The translations under genes and the position numbers were made by a program. The notes under the pieces were generated by a model. The model did not search any database. It was given only the letters and a program-made list of their open reading frames with translations, and was not told where the DNA came from. Of a DNA stretch of 64,000 bases, positions 57,302 to 64,000 are shown one piece after another; position 1 is the stretch's first letter; each line of letters opens with the position of its first letter. The stretch is from a virus (Duplodnaviria; Caudoviricetes), in the IMG/VR virus record IMGVR_UViG_3300035520_001286, positions 4,532 through 68,531 of that record. One strand, given 5' to 3'.

Positions 57302-57442
57302 CCCTTTTTATTATACTAAAACTACATTTAATTATATAATACTATTTAACTAAATTTCATTTAAATAATTTTTCCATTCTTCCAGCTAAAAATATTCCAA
57401 CCATTTTATATTTATCTCCTATTTACTATTTTAATAACTATT

Positions 57443-57607
57443 TTAATTTATTTCTCCATCTATTCTACAATAATCATAATTTATAAACATGGTAATCAAT
57501 AAAATAGATTCTTCAAAATTTTTAATATCATCATTTTGTAATGAATTAATAGCACTTCGAAGTAAATCCATTATTGTTTCTTTATCAATTTCATCAAATT
57601 TATTCAT
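57443..57607 (-). CDS. 54-aa hypothetical protein (not in ORF track)
   Basis: MNKFDEIDKETIMDLLRSAINSLQNDDIKNFEESILLITMFINYDYCRIDGEIN; AAGG RBS. Confidence 0.55.
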   Translation of the reverse strand: MNKFDEIDKETIMDLLRSAINSLQNDDIKNFEESILLITMFINYDYCRIDGEIN

Positions 57608-57628
57608 AACCTTACAATATCATATAAT

Positions 57629-57717
57629 GTCATAAAATGAATTCTGTGACATTTTATTAGTGATATAAGTATTTATATATTTAATATAATTAAATGTCAC
57701 AGAATTAAAATTTTATA
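57629..57717. promoter_or_regulatory. paired inverted box, copy J
   Basis: GTCATAAAATGAATTCTGTGACA - 43 bp - TGTCACAGAATTAAAA; 12-bp perfect inverted match. Confidence 0.8.
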
Positions 57718-57735
57718 TACTAGAAAGTATATTAA

Positions 57736-58239
57736 TCATTTTGTTCCAGTAGAACCAAAACCATTGCCCGATCTTTTTGTATTTTTTTCTATTTTATCAA
57801 CAACTTCTAAACTACCCATCCAAACTTCACGCATTACAAGTTGAGCAACTTTATCACCTTTATCAAAATGAACCATATCATCAGAATTATTAAAAAAATG
57901 TATATGACAATTTCCGGTGTAATCACTATCAATTAATTCTGCACCTTTATCCAATTTCTTTTTTGTTGAGATTCCTGATTTATTATACACAGACAAGTCC
58001 CATCCAAATGGAATATCAAATGCTAAATCTAATGGAATTAGAACATCTTTTCTTGGTTCTATATCTATATCAATTGGTGTATAAACATCTAAACCTGACG
58101 ATCCACAAGTTCCTCTTGTTGGAACTTTAGCATTCTCACTTAATAATTTTACTTTTAATTTTGGATATCTTTTAATTTTAAACATTTTCTTCACCAGCGA
58201 ATTGCTTAATAATTTTATAATAATTCGAAGTATTTCCAC
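57736..58239 (-). CDS. dut: trimeric dUTPase
   Basis: PTRG...SSGLDVY, NKSGIS, LIDSDYTG, GDKVAQLV, RSGNGFGSTG; true start is probably downstream of the ORF-track start. Confidence 0.85.
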   Translation of the reverse strand: MEILRIIIKLLSNSLVKKMFKIKRYPKLKVKLLSENAKVPTRGTCGSSGLDVYTPIDIDIEPRKDVLIPLDLAFDIPFGWDLSVYNKSGISTKKKLDKGAELIDSDYTGNCHIHFFNNSDDMVHFDKGDKVAQLVMREVWMGSLEVVDKIEKNTKRSGNGFGSTGTK

Positions 58240-58495
58240 AAATCCTTTTCATAAAAGCCATAGCAATTCCTTTCTCTTTATCAAATTTATCTTTCTTATT
58301 ACATTTTACAATTGTCTTGATCCCATCATCCCAAAAAACAATTGTAGCGGGTTTATTAAAAATAACTTTTTTAATTTTTACATTGAAATTTTTTGGAAAA
58401 CAATAAATACTACTTATTCCATTAATCAAACAATTTGTGTTACAAGGATTATTATAATTTCCATGTTCAATAAGCCATTCGTTAAATTCATCCAT
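58178..58495 (-). CDS. conserved phage hypothetical protein
   Basis: KKVIFNKPATIVFWDDG.KT.VKC...FDKEKGIAMA. Confidence 0.7.
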   Translation of the reverse strand: MDEFNEWLIEHGNYNNPCNTNCLINGISSIYCFPKNFNVKIKKVIFNKPATIVFWDDGIKTIVKCNKKDKFDKEKGIAMAFMKRICGNTSNYYKIIKQFAGEENV

Positions 58496-58522
58496 TCTTT
58501 TTACTCCTTATTTGTATTATGC

Positions 58523-60274
58523 TTAAATACATTTTTCTATCACCAAAGCCCCAAACTTATCATTAACAAACATAAGTACATCAAGATCCGCCTTAATAAA
58601 AGAATTAATTGCAGCAATTTCCTCTCTTATGATTGGCTGCTCATGAAGATTAAAGCTCGTATTAACTAAACATTTTTTGCCAGTATCATTCTCATATTGT
58701 TTTAATACGGACCAAATAAAATTATCATCTTTTTTATTTATAATTTGAGGTCTTGCTGTACCATCAACATGCGAAACTGCTTTATAAGTATTGACAAATT
58801 CTTCTGTTCCATCAAATGTCATCGTCATAAACTTTGCAGATTCTTCTCCCCCGTTTAAATTTTTAAATAAATCTTTCGCAACTTCTTGTCTACAAACAGG
58901 GGCAAAAGGCATAAACTCAGATCTTGAAAGTCTTGCATTCAATGAATCATTTGTTTCCTTTTTCGTAGCATCATACAATATTGTTCTATGGCAAAGTGCT
59001 CTTGGACCAAATTCCATTCTTCCATGCATTAAACAAATGATTTTATTATTTTCTAGTGCTTTAATGATATTATCAATAACAATATCATTATCAACAATAC
59101 TTATATTATATTTTAATTTTAAGCCTTTTTCATCAATGATATTAGAAACATTATTTATTATTTTATCAAAACAATTTATATCAGAACCAAGCATTGCCAT
59201 ATTTGTAGAATTTTCATTATTTACATTATAATCATTATTTTTAATCATCTCATAAATAACAGAGCCAATGCATGTTCCTTCATCACCCATAGGAGGACAA
59301 ACATATACATTATTAAATAAACCAGAATCTTTAATTCTTTGATTTATTTTTACATTAGCAAATAATCCACCTGCCAAGTAAACATCTCTTTTATCTTTGC
59401 AATATCTTTTCAACCAAGAAAGCGTATACTTTTCTGCAAATTCCTGGACAGAAGCAGAAATATCTTCTCTTGTTGCTCCATTTGACTTTAAATTATTTAC
59501 TAAGCTATAAACAGATTCCCTTAATAATAAAAATTTATCAAAATAAGTAATAGTTGAATTTTTTACTTTGTCTTGCTCTTCTTCGTTCAATTCTCTGACA
59601 ATTTTAAATGATAATCCATTTCCATAATCACATTGATCGAATAAGGATTCAAAATCATTTAAATAAATACTTTTGCCATAAGCAGCCAAACCAGTAATCT
59701 TGCCTTCATGCTGGTGTTCTTTAAACCCTAAAGCGCCAGTCGTAAATTGATAAACTAATGCAATACTGTTTTCTAATAAAACTTCAGAAATTCTATTATT
59801 AAAGAATGAATCGGTTATCGTTGCGCTTAAACCATCCCCAAAGCCATCAGAAGTTACTAGATAATACTTATCATTGAATTGCTTAGAAGAATAAAATCCA
59901 AACGTAGAATATGCATGAGAAGTTTGATGATCAACCCTTATAATTTTATTGTCGCATATACATATATCATGTAATTTCAAAAATTTCAATATAATTTCTT
60001 GCCAAGTATTGCAACCATTAATATATGTAAGATCACAATGAGATTTAAAATAGTTAATTGTAATTCCCTCATAATGTGAAATTACAATTTTATCAATTTT
60101 ATTAATTTTAGCCAATTTAATACATTCTAAGATAGCATCAAATGGAATGTCTTTCGTATTTTTTTTCCCATTCATACGCTCCTGTGATACAGCAGAAATG
60201 ACACCATTATTAGTTGAAACTATGCATGCAGAAGAGTTAAAACCCAGTGAAATTCCAAGATAAAATTTTTCCAT
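58523..60274 (-). CDS. carbamoyltransferase, NodU/CmcH/TobZ family
   Basis: GISLGFNSSAC, HQTSHA, DGFGDG, EGKITGLAAYG, AGGLFANV, MGDEG, EFGPRAL, FMPFAP, HVDGTARPQ, NTSFNLH. Confidence 0.92.
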   Translation of the reverse strand: MEKFYLGISLGFNSSACIVSTNNGVISAVSQERMNGKKNTKDIPFDAILECIKLAKINKIDKIVISHYEGITINYFKSHCDLTYINGCNTWQEIILKFLKLHDICICDNKIIRVDHQTSHAYSTFGFYSSKQFNDKYYLVTSDGFGDGLSATITDSFFNNRISEVLLENSIALVYQFTTGALGFKEHQHEGKITGLAAYGKSIYLNDFESLFDQCDYGNGLSFKIVRELNEEEQDKVKNSTITYFDKFLLLRESVYSLVNNLKSNGATREDISASVQEFAEKYTLSWLKRYCKDKRDVYLAGGLFANVKINQRIKDSGLFNNVYVCPPMGDEGTCIGSVIYEMIKNNDYNVNNENSTNMAMLGSDINCFDKIINNVSNIIDEKGLKLKYNISIVDNDIVIDNIIKALENNKIICLMHGRMEFGPRALCHRTILYDATKKETNDSLNARLSRSEFMPFAPVCRQEVAKDLFKNLNGGEESAKFMTMTFDGTEEFVNTYKAVSHVDGTARPQIINKKDDNFIWSVLKQYENDTGKKCLVNTSFNLHEQPIIREEIAAINSFIKADLDVLMFVNDKFGALVIEKCI

Positions 60275-60275
60275 C

Positions 60276-61076
60276 TTATTCCTCTTTAAATAATTTATTT
60301 TCTTTGAAATACCTTACTATATCATCTTTTGGATTATCTGATTTTAAAACTAAATCTTCAACTTTATTTCTATTTTCGTAAATTTTTTCTATATCAAGAG
60401 AAATTTTACTATTTTTAGAAATATTTTTAACTCTATCTATAAGATTAAAATTTCTATCATATGCATGCATACTAACAACAAAATGAGTATATGCACCATA
60501 TTCAAAATTTAATCTATGAGCAATAAATTTTTGAAGTTCTGTAAAAAATGCTACATCATAAGGAAGCCCTAACCATATATCATTTGACCGCATCATACCA
60601 GTACAATTCAATTTATTATTTCTAATATAAAATTGTAAAGCAATTGTGCAAATTTCATCTTTTGTATCAATTACATTTATGTTAGGAACATTAAAATTAA
60701 TAACTGCTCTTCTTGAATTTTTATCTTTCTTTAATAGCTCAATCATCTTTTCAACTTGATCAAAACCATGACGTTTAAAAATGATATCACCATATGCAGA
60801 ATTGCAATTGACCCCATCATCAGAAATTCTAACCCAAAAATTAGAAAACTTATGAATAAAATCAATATCTTTCCTTGCACATAAATACCAAATTAACTCA
60901 CCAAATAAATATGATTTCGAAATATCCCTAATATTGATGATATTATTATTGATATCTGTTAATGTAAATTTTACATTCATTAATTCTTTAGTATTATTTT
61001 CAACCATGCCTTCATTTATTATCTTTGAACATATAACTCTATAAATATCATCTATATTATTATTAGTAATTTCCAT
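60276..61076 (-). CDS. thymidylate synthase homologue, dCMP hydroxymethylase type
   Basis: Catalytic ICT, RSNDIWLGLPYD (Asp where ThyA has the Asn of PFN), SMHAY. Confidence 0.8.
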   Translation of the reverse strand: MEITNNNIDDIYRVICSKIINEGMVENNTKELMNVKFTLTDINNNIINIRDISKSYLFGELIWYLCARKDIDFIHKFSNFWVRISDDGVNCNSAYGDIIFKRHGFDQVEKMIELLKKDKNSRRAVINFNVPNINVIDTKDEICTIALQFYIRNNKLNCTGMMRSNDIWLGLPYDVAFFTELQKFIAHRLNFEYGAYTHFVVSMHAYDRNFNLIDRVKNISKNSKISLDIEKIYENRNKVEDLVLKSDNPKDDIVRYFKENKLFKEE

Positions 61077-61551
61077 GTTCTACCTTTTCTTTTATTTTTT
61101 CTACAATTTCTTGAATTGACTTATTTGTTGTATCAATTTTAATTATATCATTGTTAGAACAGATTTCCTCATATTCAAGCTCAATTTTTTTAATATTTGA
61201 TAGGATATTCTGCATTTCATCTTTTCGTTCATTTAATCTTCTAATAATTTCATTAACTTCGCATGTTAGTATTATTATTTTAAATCCAGCAATTTCAGCT
61301 GTTTTTAATAAATAATTAAAATCAAAAAGATTAATTTCACTTTCACGATCTAAAATTTTAGAATACACAAATTCACTTATAAAACTCCTATCAAATACTA
61401 TATCATTTAATTGAAGTCGTTCACGATATATATTTAATTTTTTAGGACCATGATATGTTGAATAAAAAATGTCAAGATTATATTCTTCAGCAAGCTTTTT
61501 TATAATTGACGTTTTACCAACTCCATCACAACCCTCAATAATTAAACGCAT
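61063..61551 (-). CDS. dNMP (thymidylate-like) kinase
   Basis: IIEGCDGVGKTS P-loop, VFDRSFISEFVY. Confidence 0.85.
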   Translation of the reverse strand: MRLIIEGCDGVGKTSIIKKLAEEYNLDIFYSTYHGPKKLNIYRERLQLNDIVFDRSFISEFVYSKILDRESEINLFDFNYLLKTAEIAGFKIIILTCEVNEIIRRLNERKDEMQNILSNIKKIELEYEEICSNNDIIKIDTTNKSIQEIVEKIKEKVEHGNY

Positions 61552-61552
61552 A

Positions 61553-62254
61553 TTATTTCCTTAATAAATTAATATAGTAATCTTTTGATTTTTTAGGTTC
61601 AGCAGAAATACCTTTTTCCTTGCAAATCTTATAAAGATCAATCGGTTTCATATCTTCATAACCATCATCTTCATCATCCCAAGGAGCTTCATCATCAGAA
61701 TCTTCATCGTCATCGTCTTCTGCATCATCACAAGGAAATGCTTCATAAATTTTCTTAAGAACTTCACTCTTTGTATAAGGTGTCGCATTTTCACCTGTTA
61801 CCTTAAAAGGTGCTTTATCATTTGGAACTACCTGATATGTCGTATCAGTTCCTTCACCAAGCCTTTGAATAATATAATCACGATCTGTGATAGTACCATA
61901 TGCCTCTTGCATTGCAATCAACATGGGAATCGGAGAAGCCTTATTTGCTTTATACATAAATAATTCTCTTTGCTTTGTTTCATAATTATAAATTGTCCAA
62001 ATATAATTTTCAGCGCTTCTTGCTTCTTTATTATCGCAATTCGGGCATTTCTTCCCATAATATTTTAAGCAAGGGTGATTAAATTCACCAAACTTATCGT
62101 GGAACAATACAGCAATGCCATCATCCATATCATTCAAAAATCTTACCCTACATTTTCCATCTTTCTTAAGATAAAATGTTGCTCTCTTACTACTACCAGC
62201 TCTAGAAATGCTTTCCTTCATCATTTCAATTAAGCTCTTACCTTTTTCTGCCAT
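61553..62254 (-). CDS. T4 gp32-like single-stranded DNA-binding protein
   Basis: RVRFL, H...C......CPNC zinc motif, DRDYIIQR.GEGTDTTY, acidic C-terminal linker. Confidence 0.7.
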   Translation of the reverse strand: MAEKGKSLIEMMKESISRAGSSKRATFYLKKDGKCRVRFLNDMDDGIAVLFHDKFGEFNHPCLKYYGKKCPNCDNKEARSAENYIWTIYNYETKQRELFMYKANKASPIPMLIAMQEAYGTITDRDYIIQRLGEGTDTTYQVVPNDKAPFKVTGENATPYTKSEVLKKIYEAFPCDDAEDDDDEDSDDEAPWDDEDDGYEDMKPIDLYKICKEKGISAEPKKSKDYYINLLRK

Positions 62255-62316
62255 AAAATTTACTCCTTATTTTTTTATTTTTTAATTTATTTTTATTATA
62301 CTTTATGAATTTTAAT

Positions 62317-63237
62317 TTATTCTTTTTTATTTTTAATTTTTATCAAGTCCATTGTATCAGCCCATGATTTCCTAAAATTATATATATCTAATTCACCTGG
62401 ATCTTTTACATTTTCTGGAAATTGAAAACGAACAACTTCAAAATAATTTTTTAAGTATTCAAACCCTTTATCCCCAGTTTCTGTATTATCTAATGCACAT
62501 ATAATTTTATTTGTATATGTTTTTAATTTAATAATTTGCTCTTTGGTTATTTTCCAACCTAAAATAGCACAACAATTCTTTACACCAAACTGCACCAATT
62601 TAAGCCAATCCATATAACCTTCCACTACAACTACCCAATTTTTAAAGTAGTTTCCGACAAGAGTATCTCTTCGATTGAATCCTTTATTATATAAATACTT
62701 TCTTTCTTTTTCAACTTCTTTATTAGTTGCCCTACATACATAACCTTTGAATTCACCGTTATCTAACATAGGCAATATTATTCCATAATCATTGCTAGCA
62801 TTAATTCTTGCATCAACTTTCGTTAATGTTTTACTATTAAAACCACGAGAATGCATATAAGAATTTTTTATACACTTCCATTCAGGTTGCGACAAACTAT
62901 AAAAGTATAACTTTGCTTCTTCTAAGTATTCCTCATTCGTTTTTACTTCACTATATGTTACTTGAATGTTCTTCTTTTTTCCACCATTTAAGATTTTATT
63001 TAAAATTACTAATGATCTTAAATCATTACAATTTTCCATATGCTTAATAAAATCTTTTGCATTGCCTTTTGCATTACAACCATAACAATAATATTTTCCT
63101 CTATTTAGATCTATTTGCATAGAAGCATTTAAATCAGAATGAAAGGGACATACAATTTTAAATTTATCATTTACACTATATTTGTCAACTAAATTATAAT
63201 GCAATACTACTTTAAGTAATTCTTCTCCATCATTCAT
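62317..63237 (-). CDS. dnaG: DNA primase (CHC2 zinc finger + TOPRIM)
   Basis: CPFHSD...YYCYGC, VVVEGYMD, ALDN..TG, DPGEL. Confidence 0.88.
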   Translation of the reverse strand: MNDGEELLKVVLHYNLVDKYSVNDKFKIVCPFHSDLNASMQIDLNRGKYYCYGCNAKGNAKDFIKHMENCNDLRSLVILNKILNGGKKKNIQVTYSEVKTNEEYLEEAKLYFYSLSQPEWKCIKNSYMHSRGFNSKTLTKVDARINASNDYGIILPMLDNGEFKGYVCRATNKEVEKERKYLYNKGFNRRDTLVGNYFKNWVVVVEGYMDWLKLVQFGVKNCCAILGWKITKEQIIKLKTYTNKIICALDNTETGDKGFEYLKNYFEVVRFQFPENVKDPGELDIYNFRKSWADTMDLIKIKNKKE

Positions 63238-63724
63238 TGTTCTTCTTCTTTCTTGAAATTTTTACATATTTCGAAACTTTAACATTATAGCAACCTTTCA
63301 GATCATCTTCAGAAATAATTCCTTTGCTAAAAGCATATTCTAATTTATTAGAATTAATTGTTTTATTTACTGAAATTGCTGGTTTTAATAAATCTTTTAA
63401 TCCTTTATTTTGCTTTATGATTTCAATAAATTTTTCTTGATCTTCAATTATAAAAGACTTCTCAATAATCGTATCTAACTTCTCTTTTGGAAGCGTAACA
63501 AAAATTTTATCAAAGTCAAATTCAATTTTTTTATTTTCTACTAATCTTGCAGATAAATTTTTCTCTTGTCCATCATCAACAATAAATTCATTGTCTAATT
63601 CAAAATCAAACTGACTAATCAATTCATCTTTGATCTTATCATTTTGATTTTTTAACTCTGAGATCTGTTTATCATTCTTTTCGTACTGAATAATCTTTTG
63701 TTCAAATTCTTTGTTAGCCTTCAT
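63230..63724 (-). CDS. hypothetical protein, 164 aa
   Basis: ORF track; AGGAG RBS. Confidence 0.65.
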   Translation of the reverse strand: MKANKEFEQKIIQYEKNDKQISELKNQNDKIKDELISQFDFELDNEFIVDDGQEKNLSARLVENKKIEFDFDKIFVTLPKEKLDTIIEKSFIIEDQEKFIEIIKQNKGLKDLLKPAISVNKTINSNKLEYAFSKGIISEDDLKGCYNVKVSKYVKISRKKKNNE

Positions 63725-63780
63725 TGTATTCTCCTATATGCTTTTATTTTACTGATTTCTCAGTTTTTTCTAAAATAAAA

Positions 63781-63830
63781 TAAGTTGTAAGCTAATAATG
63801 TTTCTGCACTACACTTTTGCTTACAACTTA
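63781..63830 (-). terminator. hairpin plus U-tract in the leader of the primase operon (terminator/attenuator candidate)
   Basis: TAAGTTGTAAGC / GCTTACAACTTA 12-bp inverted repeat, followed by TTTTATTTT on the minus strand. Confidence 0.5.
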
Positions 63831-64000
63831 TTTCTATATTAAGTATATGTGTGATACCCTAATATATAACAAAATTAAGTTTTAACAATATAAAGTGCAG
63901 TTTTATATTATATATATATTATTATACTCTTAAATTACTATATTATTCCTCAATTTTATGTAATTGATAATATGCCGAAGCAATATTTTCAAAAACGCAA

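Noticed and set aside
20019-57717. CRISPR array interpretation of the repeated boxes, or a CRISPR-Cas role for the Cas4-like gene
   Set aside because: The boxes are dispersed inverted pairs, not tandem direct repeats with unique spacers. The Cas4-like gene sits in the RecA/RuvC recombination module with no cas1/cas2.
586-58669. Plus-strand ORFs in the ORF track (e.g. 586..795, 3955..4266, 25932..26327, 58202..58669)
   Set aside because: They lie antisense to well-supported minus-strand genes, have no recognisable motifs, and have the hydrophobic/Ser-rich composition typical of shadow ORFs of AT-rich genes.
60276-61076. Ordinary thymidylate synthase (thyA)
   Set aside because: It has Asp (PYD) rather than Asn (PFN) at the base-specificity position, and its neighbours (carbamoyltransferase, kinase) point to base modification.
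1-64000. Stop-codon reassignment or suppressor tRNA
   Set aside because: Genes are full length and tightly packed under code 11, TAA, TAG and TGA all appear as stops, and no CUA or UCA anticodon tRNA is present.
1-64000. Integrase, att site, endolysin, introns or inteins
   Set aside because: None recognised. DnaE, TerL, RecA and ligase are uninterrupted and of normal length. Lifestyle and lysin cannot be determined from this window.

Overview
This 64-kb window is part of a very AT-rich contractile-tailed (myovirus-type) bacteriophage genome, probably infecting a low-GC Bacillota host (sigmaA-type promoters, GGAGG ribosome-binding sites, standard code 11). Essentially all real genes are on the minus strand. 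In transcription order (right to left) it carries: (1) a replication and nucleotide module: primase, gp32-like SSB, dNMP kinase, a dCMP-hydroxymethylase-type thymidylate synthase homologue, a NodU/TobZ carbamoyltransferase, dUTPase, DnaE, RecA, a Cas4-like nuclease, two DNA methyltransferases and RuvC; (2) an early/regulatory region: MoxR AAA+/VWA pair, XRE HTH, two sigma-70-like factors and a small terminase; (3) an RNA cluster: tRNA-Leu(UAA), tRNA-Lys(UUU), tRNA-Ile(UAU), two tRNA-like elements with collapsed anticodon loops, and structured spacer RNAs; (4) a second SSB, DNA ligase and large terminase; (5) the head, tail, baseplate and fibre genes; (6) a holin-like gene followed by an Agr-like peptide-signalling cassette. 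The most notable items are the Agr-like cassette (six-TM protein, an unannotated 52-aa AgrD-like peptide with a CPWWIF core, and an AgrB-like peptidase fused to an HTH-like tail); ten copies of a paired inverted 23-bp box with a constant 42-44-bp spacer; the tRNA-punctuated ncRNA array with a 7-bp kissing-loop RNA; a probable 5hmC-to-carbamoyloxymethyl-C DNA modification pathway; and head-region polyproteins punctuated by repeated Asp motifs. Family assignments come from motifs recognised by eye. No database searches were run.
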